Positions 13,442 through 21,901 of a DNA stretch of 64,000 nucleotides are shown in pieces. This DNA is from Bacilli bacterium (GTDB lineage: Bacteria > Bacillota_I > Bacilli_A > RFN20 > CAG-826): the NCBI GenBank assembly GCA_035647455.1, contig DASRNI010000002.1:66051-130050 (forward strand), in the 5' to 3' direction. Every line of letters starts with the position of its first letter. Positions within the stretch are counted from its first letter, which is position 1. A program made the translations under genes and the position numbers. The notes beneath the pieces were generated by a model. It was not told where the DNA came from, searched no databases, and worked only from the letters and a program-made list of their open reading frames with translations.

Positions 13442-14774
13442 ATCATTAACCGATAAGTTTAAAAATATATTTAAAAAGATTCGCGGCCAAAGTCGCTTAA
13501 GTGAAAAAAACATGCAAGATATGCTCCAAGAAGTGCGAATTGCACTTTTTGAAGCGGACGTTAATTTTAAAGTTGTTAAGGAGTTCGTGGAAAATATTCG
13601 TGAACAAGCAATTGGTGCGAAAGTTTTCGATACACTTAACCCTTCGCAAATGGTTGTTAAAATTGTTAACGACGAATTAGTAAAACTTTTAGGGAGTGAC
13701 ACAACTGGATTAATTACAGAAATTAATAAACCGACAATTATTCTTCTTGTTGGCTTACAAGGTACTGGTAAAACAACGACAGCAGGAAAATTAGCGCTTC
13801 ATTTTAAAAAGAAGTTAAACAAAAAAGTACTTCTTGCCGCTGCAGACGTTTATCGACCAGCCGCAATTGATCAACTTGCGCAACTTGCGGAACAAATTAA
13901 TGTTGATTTAGTTAACTTAGGAACAAAAGTAAGTCCTGTTGAAATAGCTAAACGCGCGAAAGAAAAAGCGTATAACGACCGCTATGACTTTTTAATTATT
14001 GATACGGCGGGTCGCTTAACAATTGATGAAACATTAATGGATGAACTAGTTGCGATTAAAGCGGCAGTTAATCCGACCGAAATACTTTTACTCGTTGATG
14101 CAATGAGCGGACAAGACGCTGTTAATACTGCCTTAAGTTTTGATGAAAAACTAGGTTTAACCGGAGCAATCATGTCGAAACTTGATAGTGATGCCCGAGG
14201 TGGTGCGGCGCTTAGTATTAAGCATTTGACCGGTGTTAGCATTAAATTTGCCGGAATTGGTGAAACACTTGACGATCTTGATGTCTTTTATCCTGAACGA
14301 ATGGCTGACCGCATTCTTGGCATGGGCGACATTTTAACGCTCGTTGAAAAAGCCCAAGAAGAGATGGATGAAAAAGTTGTTAAAAAGACAACGCGTAAAA
14401 TGCTTGAAGGTGATTTTGATTTAAATGATATGCTCACACAAATGAAACAATTCCAAAAACTCGGTTCAGTCTCAAAAGTACTCGCCTTTATTCCGGGAAT
14501 GCCGAAAATCACTCCTGAACAACAGGCGAAAGCTGAAGAAGAAATGAAATTATTCGAAACAATTATTAATAGTATGACCCCGGAAGAAAGACGTAATCCT
14601 AAAATACTTAAAAATAGTCGTAAAGTACGGATTGCTCGGGGAAGTGGTACGACAAACGCCGATATTAATAAAGTTATCCGTCGTTATGAGCAAAGCAAAG
14701 AGATGATGAAAAAAATGAAAGGCATGCAAGGTATGCCAGGTGGCGGGATGCCGCCCGGGTTTCCCCCGTTTTAA
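13431..14774 (+). CDS. ffh: Signal recognition particle protein Ffh
   Basis: GLQGTGKTTT, DTAGR and SKLDSDARGG motifs, with a Met-rich C-terminus. Confidence 0.97.
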   Translation: MAFESLTDKFKNIFKKIRGQSRLSEKNMQDMLQEVRIALFEADVNFKVVKEFVENIREQAIGAKVFDTLNPSQMVVKIVNDELVKLLGSDTTGLITEINKPTIILLVGLQGTGKTTTAGKLALHFKKKLNKKVLLAAADVYRPAAIDQLAQLAEQINVDLVNLGTKVSPVEIAKRAKEKAYNDRYDFLIIDTAGRLTIDETLMDELVAIKAAVNPTEILLLVDAMSGQDAVNTALSFDEKLGLTGAIMSKLDSDARGGAALSIKHLTGVSIKFAGIGETLDDLDVFYPERMADRILGMGDILTLVEKAQEEMDEKVVKKTTRKMLEGDFDLNDMLTQMKQFQKLGSVSKVLAFIPGMPKITPEQQAKAEEEMKLFETIINSMTPEERRNPKILKNSRKVRIARGSGTTNADINKVIRRYEQSKEMMKKMKGMQGMPGGGMPPGFPPF

Positions 14775-14781
14775 TTAAAAA

Positions 14782-15555
14782 CTACTTTTTATCTTTTGTA
14801 TATTTATGACCTTTGGCGATTGCTTCTTTTTCCCAGTCGCCAATTTCGTCATTAAGTGCTTCTTCTAAAAGTTTCATAGTTTCTTTATCTTTATAATGCA
14901 GTTTGTATAAATCAGGGCGCTTATTATATGTTAATAATAAACTTTGTTTAAGCCGCCATTTCCGAATTGCGTCGTGATTACCCGAATAAAGTATTTGCGG
15001 TACTTTATAGCCATTATAGTCAAAAGGCTCGGTATATTGCGGGTATTCTAAGAGATGGCGGTTAAATGATTCGTCATATAAACTGTCGGCATTAATCACG
15101 CCGTCAATAAGCCGAACTACCGCATCACTTATCGCCATTGCGCCAATTTCGCCCCCAGTTAAAATATAGTCACCTAGCGAAATTTCTTCGTCAATATAAT
15201 ATTTAAGTCGTTCATCGACACCTTCATAATGGCCACAAATTAAAACTAAGTGTTCCTTTAAACTGAAAGAAACAGCTTTTCCTTGATTAAAAATCGTGCC
15301 GCGTGGTGAAAGAAGAACTTTATGGCCGGCACCAGCGGCTTTTAAGGCATCAACAAGCGGGGCGACTTGCATAATCATCCCTGGTCCGCCACCAACAGGC
15401 GGAGTATCGATGCGCTTATATTTATTATCAGCGTAATCACGGATATTAATAATTTCAAATGTAACTTTATTTAAGAGTTGTGCTTTATTAACAATTGAAG
15501 TACTTAAAAAGTCACGAAACATTTCCGGGAAAAGTGTTAAAATCGTTATTTTCAT
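14782..15555 (-). CDS. trmD: tRNA (guanine37-N1)-methyltransferase TrmD
   Basis: 257 aa with MKITILTLFPEMF and GDYILTGGE motifs. Confidence 0.95.
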   Translation of the reverse strand: MKITILTLFPEMFRDFLSTSIVNKAQLLNKVTFEIINIRDYADNKYKRIDTPPVGGGPGMIMQVAPLVDALKAAGAGHKVLLSPRGTIFNQGKAVSFSLKEHLVLICGHYEGVDERLKYYIDEEISLGDYILTGGEIGAMAISDAVVRLIDGVINADSLYDESFNRHLLEYPQYTEPFDYNGYKVPQILYSGNHDAIRKWRLKQSLLLTYNKRPDLYKLHYKDKETMKLLEEALNDEIGDWEKEAIAKGHKYTKDKK

Positions 15556-16079
15556 AGCATCCCTTCAATTGGCCGGAAAACAATTTTTTGTTCAGCGTCA
15601 TTTGTCTCAATAATAAATTCATCAATAAACGGAATTAAAAGGTCGCTTTTATTTTCACGCTTAACCCGGATTGAATAGTAACTTGCAACTTCAATTACTT
15701 CCGTAACTTGTCCGATATAAGTGCCATCTTCCAGGTAAACAGTATATTTTACTAAGTCGGTTAAGTAAATATAGTCTTCCGGCAGTTTAACGTCATCTTT
15801 CGCAACATATAAGTGGTTTTTGACGTAGTTTTCCGCGTGATCAATTGAAGTGATTTCCTTAAAGTTTAAAAGTAAACGTTTACCATGCGGTTTTACGCTT
15901 AACAAAGTTACTTTTTCAATATTTTGTGTTGTTTTGTTCACTAAATAAAACTTATGACCTTTGACGAAACGAAGTTCGGGGAAGTCGGTAATGGCCATTA
16001 CATTAAGCGCGCCATTTAAACTATGTGTTTTCCAAACATAGCCAGCGATTAAAAGATCGGTTAAATTTATTTTTTGCAT
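15552..16079 (-). CDS. rimM: 16S rRNA processing protein RimM
   Basis: 175 aa. It has a 4-nt overlap with trmD, the position is conserved, and the organisation is PRC-barrel-like. Confidence 0.85.
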   Translation of the reverse strand: MQKINLTDLLIAGYVWKTHSLNGALNVMAITDFPELRFVKGHKFYLVNKTTQNIEKVTLLSVKPHGKRLLLNFKEITSIDHAENYVKNHLYVAKDDVKLPEDYIYLTDLVKYTVYLEDGTYIGQVTEVIEVASYYSIRVKRENKSDLLIPFIDEFIIETNDAEQKIVFRPIEGML

Positions 16080-16085
16080 AGTAAT

Positions 16086-16094
16086 ATTATACCA
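16086..16094 (-). promoter_or_regulatory. Extended -10 (TGgTATAAT) only 6 nt upstream of the rimM ATG; candidate leaderless-mRNA promoter
   Basis: The minus strand reads TGGTATAAT-ATTACT-ATG. There is no Shine-Dalgarno sequence before rimM. Confidence 0.4.
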
Positions 16095-16127
16095 AAATAA
16101 AAACCACAGCTGTTAATTCTGTGGTTT
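16092..16127 (-). terminator. Rho-independent terminator between khpA and rimM
   Basis: On the minus strand, a 9-bp stem AAACCACAG/CTGTGGTTT with a 9-nt loop is followed by TTTTTATTTT. Confidence 0.6.
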
Positions 16128-16137
16128 CTTGCTTTTA

Positions 16138-16392
16138 TTATTTATTGTCACTAAATGACTCGAATTTTAAGTAAACGTGCTCTTCATCAAGCTTTCCGGC
16201 TACACTTGCAACTTCACGAAGCGCATTTGCAATTACACCGCGGCGACCGATAAGAACGGCAATGTCTTCACTTTCGCCGAAGATGTTGATAATGATTTTT
16301 TTGTCTTCAACAGTTTTTCGGACTAAGAGTGAAGCAGGATTTTTAACGAGTGGTGTAATAATATTTGTGACAAGTTGTTCGTAGTCACGCAT
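16138..16392 (-). CDS. khpA: KH-domain RNA-binding protein (YlqC/KhpA)
   Basis: 84 aa with the GRRG KH motif (IGRRGVIANALREV). It sits in the conserved position after rpsP. Confidence 0.8.
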   Translation of the reverse strand: MRDYEQLVTNIITPLVKNPASLLVRKTVEDKKIIINIFGESEDIAVLIGRRGVIANALREVASVAGKLDEEHVYLKFESFSDNK

Positions 16393-16667
16393 TACTTACC
16401 TGCTTTTTTAAGGGCAACAAATTTTTCGTTAATGCCATGTGCACGGAAAATTGCTTTAACGGTTTCACTTGGTTGCGCACCATTTTGGAGCCATTTGAGC
16501 GCAAGTTCTTCATTAACAACAGCGTCTTTTAAACCAGCTTTAGGATCATAATGTCCAATTTGTTCAATAAAACGACCGTCGCGAGCATAACGACTATCTG
16601 CGGCTACAATACGGTAATGTGGGTCATGCGTTCGACCAACACGGGTTAATCTAATTTTAACAGCCAT
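16392..16667 (-). CDS. rpsP: 30S ribosomal protein S16
   Basis: [21 protein letters not shown]. The start was moved to ATG 16667, which lies behind a GGAGGAAG RBS. The 18-codon upstream extension in the track has no support. Confidence 0.95.
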   Translation of the reverse strand: MAVKIRLTRVGRTHDPHYRIVAADSRYARDGRFIEQIGHYDPKAGLKDAVVNEELALKWLQNGAQPSETVKAIFRAHGINEKFVALKKAGK

Positions 16668-16692
16668 AATTTCTTCCTCCTTAACATTTACT

Positions 16693-16721
16693 AGTTTATA
16701 AGAGTCACAAATAGAAGTCAA
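16693..16721 (-). promoter_or_regulatory. Candidate rpsP promoter TTGACT-17 nt-TAAACT
   Basis: Minus-strand hexamers at 16721-16716 and 16698-16693. The same hexamer pair is predicted upstream of tRNA-Pro. Confidence 0.4.
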
Positions 16722-16829
16722 GCAATTTTACTTGACCCTTGTCTTTTTGTTTGTAGACACTAATCGTTGTAATTTTTGTTAAAATTAAATAAACTAAAAA
16801 AAGTTAATCAAGACTTTAAGGGAGCAATT

Positions 16830-18248
16830 ATGGATAAAGAGATTAAACAATCAAAAGGGCGAAAACTTTTGAATAAGATTTTTGATTTTGAAAAGCGTGG
16901 GTCAAAACTTAGCGCCGAGATTTTAGGTGGTCTCGTTACGTTTCTTGCGATGATTTATATTTTGCCAACTAACGCAGATATTTTATCAAACATGGGGATT
17001 GATCAAGGTGGTGTTTTTGTTGCAACGGCAATTGTTAGTGCAATCGTTACTTTGATTATGGGTTTTTATGGCAACTTTCCCATCGTCTTAAGTGCAGGAA
17101 TGGGCGTTAATGCTTATTTAGCGTTTACCGTCTTTAATGAATTTCAAAGCTGGCAAGCTTCGCTTTTAATTATGTTTTTAGCCGGCATTGTCTTTGCTGT
17201 GATTAGTCTTTCGCCAATCCGCAAGATTATGATTGATGCGATACCGAACGATATTAAATTTATTATTAGTGCCGGGCTTGGCGCTTTTATTGCTTTCGTT
17301 GGCTTTAAAGGCAGCGGAATTATTGTGCAAAATGATGCGACACTTGTCGGTCTTGGTAATTTAAGGGATCCGATGGTATTACTTGCGATTATTGGGCTTA
17401 TTCTTGTTTTAGTCTTTATGTTTGTTAATAACAAATTACTTAATCAGCTCGCGATTCCGATTGCGATGGTCGCAGTTGTCGTGATTGCGGTTATTGTTTG
17501 GAATAGTTTTGCAATTAATGACGGTAGTGCTTTTATGTTTAGCGAATTACAAGCGGTGTTTAAGGATGGCTCGAAGTGGGGTGGACGCGGGGTTGAAAAA
17601 GTTGCTTTTAAAATTTTTGAAGGTGACTTATGGAAAATCGCTTTAAGTAATCCATCAACTTACGCCTTTATCTTTTCGCTCGTCCTTGTTAATCTTTTCG
17701 ATACGACGGCGACGATCCTTGCGGTTGGTCGTGGTGCGGGAATCGTTAGTGAAGAGGGCGAATTAATTGGTGGGACGAAAGCTGTTACGGCAGACGCGGT
17801 TGGTGCGGTTATTTGTGCGCCACTTGGTACAAGTACAGTGACAAGTTTTGCCGAAAGTGGGATTGCCGTCGAAATGGGGGCGAAAACGGGACTTGCCGCA
17901 GTTGTTGCTGGCTTCCTGTTTCTTTTAAGTGCGTTTATTTATCCAATTTTCCATATCTTTACCGAACCCGCGGTGACAAGTATGGCGCTTATCAGCGTTG
18001 GTGGTTTAATTTTTATTAATAACTTGAAAGCAATTAATTGGGAAGATCGCATTGTTGGTTTTACAGCGTTCTTCACGATTATTTTAATTTTACTGACGTA
18101 CTCAATTAGTGACGGTCTTGGTATTGGTCTCATTTTATACGTCATTATGATGCTCGTTAGTAAACGGGCAAAAGAAGTAAAATTACCGATGTATATCGTC
18201 AGTATTATTTTCGTAATTTACTTCGTTTTAAAAGCGTTTATTAATTAA
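16830..18248 (+). CDS. NCS2/AzgA-family purine (adenine/guanine/hypoxanthine) permease
   Basis: About 472 aa and polytopic. The N-terminus FDFEKRGSKLSAEILGGLVTFLAMIYIL is typical of the AzgA/PbuG group. Start is ATG 16830 behind an AAGGGAG RBS. Confidence 0.85.
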   Translation: MDKEIKQSKGRKLLNKIFDFEKRGSKLSAEILGGLVTFLAMIYILPTNADILSNMGIDQGGVFVATAIVSAIVTLIMGFYGNFPIVLSAGMGVNAYLAFTVFNEFQSWQASLLIMFLAGIVFAVISLSPIRKIMIDAIPNDIKFIISAGLGAFIAFVGFKGSGIIVQNDATLVGLGNLRDPMVLLAIIGLILVLVFMFVNNKLLNQLAIPIAMVAVVVIAVIVWNSFAINDGSAFMFSELQAVFKDGSKWGGRGVEKVAFKIFEGDLWKIALSNPSTYAFIFSLVLVNLFDTTATILAVGRGAGIVSEEGELIGGTKAVTADAVGAVICAPLGTSTVTSFAESGIAVEMGAKTGLAAVVAGFLFLLSAFIYPIFHIFTEPAVTSMALISVGGLIFINNLKAINWEDRIVGFTAFFTIILILLTYSISDGLGIGLILYVIMMLVSKRAKEVKLPMYIVSIIFVIYFVLKAFIN

Positions 18249-18365
18249 ATATATTTACCTTTACAAAGTAAAGTCTTTTTGCTATTCTTAATAAGCGTTT
18301 ATCGCTGTGGTCCGCTGCTAGTAGGGCATGAACACGAAAAAATAAATGGAAGGGAGCAGTTATTT

Positions 18366-18713
18366 ATGAACTTAAACTTAGTTAATGAAATTAACGCTTC
18401 TCAACTTCGTACGGATCTTCCCGAGTTCAATAGTGGTGATACACTTCGTGTTGCCGTTAAAATTCGTGAAGGTGAGAAAGAGCGACTCCAAATTTTTGAA
18501 GGTGTTGTCATTGCCATGCAAGGTGCGGGCATTAACAAAACATTCACAATCCGCAAACGCTCATCAGGTATCGGTGTCGAAAGAATATTTTTCCACCACA
18601 GTCCTGTCATCGACAATATTGAAGTTGTAAGACGCGGTAAAGTTCGTCGCAACAAAATTTATTACATTCGTAAACTTTCTGGTAAGAAAGCACGAATTAA
18701 AGAAAAGATTTAA
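18366..18713 (+). CDS. rplS: 50S ribosomal protein L19
   Basis: [30 protein letters not shown]. The start was moved to ATG 18366 behind a GGAAGGGAG RBS. Confidence 0.95.
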   Translation: MNLNLVNEINASQLRTDLPEFNSGDTLRVAVKIREGEKERLQIFEGVVIAMQGAGINKTFTIRKRSSGIGVERIFFHHSPVIDNIEVVRRGKVRRNKIYYIRKLSGKKARIKEKI

Positions 18714-18731
18714 TTACGAAGAACAAGAACT

Positions 18732-18759
18732 AGCTAGGCGTAACAACCTAGCTTTTTTT
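18732..18759 (+). terminator. Rho-independent terminator after rplS
   Basis: Stem AGCTAGG/CCTAGCT with an 8-nt loop, followed by a T7 run. Confidence 0.7.
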
Positions 18760-18808
18760 GTTACTTATTTTCACACGAAGTGTTAAAATATATAAGGAAT
18801 TTAATAAA

Positions 18809-19513
18809 ATGACACAAGAAACCGCCGTTGGACACACCGATCCGACACCAAACGAATTAAACAATCTGAAGAAGTCACCACTGCAAAAAGCACTTAGTGC
18901 GGTGATTACGGTTTTACTTGTGTTCAGTACGCTTTTTACGGGAACTTACGTTTACGTAACATATAAATATGCACCGCTTTATGTTGATGGTCGCTCAATG
19001 CTCCCCACACTTAATAACTTTAGTAATCCAAATTTAAAATATGAACTTGGCTATATGGAAACTGGTGACGCGGTTAAACAAAACTTAAAGCGCTTTGATA
19101 TTGCGATATATTCGCTTGGCGGCACAAGTGGAATTATTAAGCGTGTGATTGGTTTACCGCATGAAACAATTAAAATTACAAAAGGTGATGAGCGTGATTT
19201 TGTGTATATTTTACCAGCAAACGCCGATGAATTCGTTTTACTTGAAGAAGACTATTTAGCAACGACTAATCTAAATACAACGTACTTAAACTCTTGGACT
19301 GGTGATTATGAACTGGCGCTTAACGAAGGCGAATATTTTATGCTTGGCGATAATCGTAGTCAATCAAACGATTCGCGTTTTATCGGCGCGGTAACTTACT
19401 CGCAACTTTTAGGCCGGCTCAAGTTTATTTATGGTGCAGCAGCGACAGTAACAGCAGATGACAAAATAAAAGGCCGCAAATTTTATCCGATTTGGCAATG
19501 GAGATTTTACTAA
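18809..19513 (+). CDS. lepB: Signal peptidase I (S26)
   Basis: It has an N-terminal TM segment, the catalytic Ser box GRSMLPTL, the Lys box IKRVIGLP, and GDNRSQSNDSR. Start is ATG 18809. Confidence 0.85.
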   Translation: MTQETAVGHTDPTPNELNNLKKSPLQKALSAVITVLLVFSTLFTGTYVYVTYKYAPLYVDGRSMLPTLNNFSNPNLKYELGYMETGDAVKQNLKRFDIAIYSLGGTSGIIKRVIGLPHETIKITKGDERDFVYILPANADEFVLLEEDYLATTNLNTTYLNSWTGDYELALNEGEYFMLGDNRSQSNDSRFIGAVTYSQLLGRLKFIYGAAATVTADDKIKGRKFYPIWQWRFY

Positions 19514-20337
19514 TGGGTAAAAACATTCACTGGTTCCCCGGCCATATGCAAAAAGCGCTGCGGAAAATTAAAGAAGCGCTCAAAAATGTTGATGTTGTGA
19601 TTGAACTAAGTGATGCCCGTGCTCCAGAAAGTTCGCGGAATAAACTTTTATTATCATTAATCGCTCATAAACCACATTTACTCGTGCTCACAAAGGAAGA
19701 TTTAGCCGATAAAGCAGCTTTAGAGCGCTACAGAGCTATAAATAACGTCATCAGCGGAAACTTATACGATCAGCAATTTATGAACCGCATCAAGGCTAAA
19801 ATCAACGAAATCGGTGCGCCGGTTTTTGAACGACAAAAGCGTCGCGGAATGAAACGCCAACCACTTACGGCGCTTGTTCTTGGTATTCCAAACGTTGGCA
19901 AATCAACATTTATTAATCGACTTGCCCGCGAAAACCGTGCGAGTGTCGCAAATCGACCGGGTCATACACGGGGACAGCAATATATTAAAGTGAGTAATGA
20001 CCTTGCTTTAATCGATACCCCTGGTGTGCTTGAACCAAATTACGCGGATAAAACAATTACAATGCACTTAGCGCTGATTGGGACAATTCCAAGTGAAATA
20101 CTGCCGACAAATAAAATGGCTGATTATTTATTAACGTACTTAAAGGCGCATTATTTCGAGCTTTTACAAGGCCGATATAAATTAAGTGACGCAAGTTTAA
20201 CAAATTACGAAATACTCAAAGAGATTGCCAAAGTTCGTAACTTTGTTGGTCCCGAATATGAGCAAATTGAACGTGCAGAAAATCTTTTACTTCACGAATT
20301 TAAAAACGGACTCATTGGCCGTGTTAGTTTAGAATAA
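19513..20337 (+). CDS. rbgA: Ribosome biogenesis GTPase A (RbgA/YlqF)
   Basis: WFPGHM and a circularly permuted GTPase (LTKEDL ... GIPNVGKST ... DTPG). The start forms a TAATG overlap with lepB. Confidence 0.9.
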   Translation: MGKNIHWFPGHMQKALRKIKEALKNVDVVIELSDARAPESSRNKLLLSLIAHKPHLLVLTKEDLADKAALERYRAINNVISGNLYDQQFMNRIKAKINEIGAPVFERQKRRGMKRQPLTALVLGIPNVGKSTFINRLARENRASVANRPGHTRGQQYIKVSNDLALIDTPGVLEPNYADKTITMHLALIGTIPSEILPTNKMADYLLTYLKAHYFELLQGRYKLSDASLTNYEILKEIAKVRNFVGPEYEQIERAENLLLHEFKNGLIGRVSLE

Positions 20338-20338
20338 T

Positions 20339-20965
20339 ATGCATAACTTTGCTTTTGATAACGAATACCGCAAACAAGGTTTTGTTTATATCGTTGGGAT
20401 TGATGAAGCTGGACGTGGTCCGCTTGCCGGTCCTGTTGTTGCCGCGGCGGTAATTTTACCACCGGCATTTTATGACGAACGGATTACGGATTCGAAAAAA
20501 ATAAGTAAGGAAACGTTAACAGAACTTGCGCTGTTAATTAAAGAAAACGCCTTAAGTTACGCACTCGGTTTTGTTGATGCGCCGATGATTGACGAAATTA
20601 ATATTTTGAACGCAACAAAGTTAGCGATGCTAAATGCGCTCGAAAGTTTGACGCATGAATATGACATTGTTTTGCTTGATGCGGTTAAACTTAGTGGTTT
20701 AAAAAAGAAAAGTGAAGCGATTGTTAAAGGTGACGAAAAGTCTTTTAGTATTGCCGCAAGTTCGATTCTCGCGAAAGTTGCTCGTGACGAATATATGGAT
20801 GAGTTACATTTAAAGTACCCACATTACGCCTTTAATGAACATAAAGGTTATCCGACAAAAAAGCATTTACAGCTCTTAGAAATATACGGTCCACTTGATG
20901 AAATTCACCGCTTTTCGTATAAACCCGTTAAAAACGCAAAATACCGCCAAATAAAACTATTTTAA
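20339..20965 (+). CDS. rnhB: Ribonuclease HII
   Basis: VGIDEAGRGPLAGPVV motif, 208 aa. Confidence 0.93.
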   Translation: MHNFAFDNEYRKQGFVYIVGIDEAGRGPLAGPVVAAAVILPPAFYDERITDSKKISKETLTELALLIKENALSYALGFVDAPMIDEINILNATKLAMLNALESLTHEYDIVLLDAVKLSGLKKKSEAIVKGDEKSFSIAASSILAKVARDEYMDELHLKYPHYAFNEHKGYPTKKHLQLLEIYGPLDEIHRFSYKPVKNAKYRQIKLF

Positions 20966-21015
20966 TGCACTAAAAAACCGTTTTCTCTTTTATTTATATA
21001 TAAGGGAGGAAAACG

Positions 21016-21795
21016 ATGAAAAAAGCCCGTGATATTTTAATTTATTTTTCATACAAATATAATGGCGATTATAACGACATTTTAAAGGCACTGAAAAAGA
21101 AAGAAAAGATTGATGAATTACTTTATGAAGAGTTTCAAACGAAGTGGGAAACAAAAGAAGTAATCACGATTATTGATGAAAACTATCCCGAAGTTTTTAA
21201 AGCAATTAACTTTCCGCCAATTGTCTTATATTTAAAAGGCGATAAAACATTACTTGATGACTTAACAAAATCGATTGCCATTATTGGAGCACGCGAGCAT
21301 TCAAAGTACGGTGAAGAGATGACGCGGACAATTACGGAAGAGTTAGCCCGGGAAAAGTTTACCGTTGTAAGTGGCCTGGCACGCGGAATTGATAGTTTTG
21401 CCCATCATAGTGCGCTTAGTGTCGGTGGGAAAACAATTGCTGTGCTTGGTTCGGGGATTGATTACATTTATCCATTAAGCAATCGTGAACTTTACGAACA
21501 AATTGTAAAAAGTGGTTTAATCGTTAGTGAATATCCTGAATTTACAAAACCACAACCCGAGTTTTTCAAATTTCGCAATCGTCTCATTGCCGCATTAAGT
21601 GAAGCCGTGTTAATTACGGAAGCGAAATATAAGTCCGGAACATTAATTACAGTTGGGTACGCCCTTGAAAAAGGCAACGATGTTTACTGTATCCCCCATT
21701 TAGCGACAAAAAGCAGCGGTTGCAACAAATTAATTAAAGATGGTGCCTATCTCGTTGAAAGTGCAAAAGATATTATTAATTTATGGTCGAATTAA
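21016..21795 (+). CDS. dprA: DNA processing protein DprA (Smf), short form
   Basis: GLARGIDSFAHHSAL and AVLGSGIDYIYP motifs. It sits in the conserved position upstream of topA. Confidence 0.88.
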   Translation: MKKARDILIYFSYKYNGDYNDILKALKKKEKIDELLYEEFQTKWETKEVITIIDENYPEVFKAINFPPIVLYLKGDKTLLDDLTKSIAIIGAREHSKYGEEMTRTITEELAREKFTVVSGLARGIDSFAHHSALSVGGKTIAVLGSGIDYIYPLSNRELYEQIVKSGLIVSEYPEFTKPQPEFFKFRNRLIAALSEAVLITEAKYKSGTLITVGYALEKGNDVYCIPHLATKSSGCNKLIKDGAYLVESAKDIINLWSN

Positions 21796-21856
21796 ATTTG
21801 TTTTTTTCATCTTTATTTAATATATAAATAAACCGTTTTTGCGATAAGTTTTTAGG

Positions 21857-21885
21857 TTGACAATTCACAGATAAAAACATATATT
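21857..21885 (+). promoter_or_regulatory. Candidate topA promoter TTGACA-17 nt-TATATT
   Basis: Hexamers at 21857-21862 and 21880-21885, 16 nt before the GTG start region, which has an AGAGGGA RBS. Confidence 0.55.
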
Positions 21886-21901
21886 CATCTAAGAGGGACA
21901 A

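Noticed and set aside
14768-14782. Near-palindrome GTTTTAATTAAAAAC spanning the ffh and trmD stop region, considered as an inversion breakpoint signature
   Set aside because: It is not a perfect palindrome (T4 versus A5), and it is built from two stop codons in AT-rich sequence. That is insufficient evidence for a recombination site.
16722-16829. Purine riboswitch upstream of the NCS2 purine permease
   Set aside because: Only about 100 nt are available and they are shared with the divergent rpsP promoter. I could not find the conserved purine-riboswitch junction sequences or a three-way junction.
6334-18365. N-terminal extensions of track ORFs (6334, 10977, 16721, 16776, 18279, and later 18758, 19492, 25124, 26105, 31534, 47978, 51946, 57648, 60170)
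   Set aside because: In each case the extension overlaps the preceding gene or an intergenic promoter region. An internal ATG with a good GGAGG-type RBS matches the conserved N-terminus of the family.
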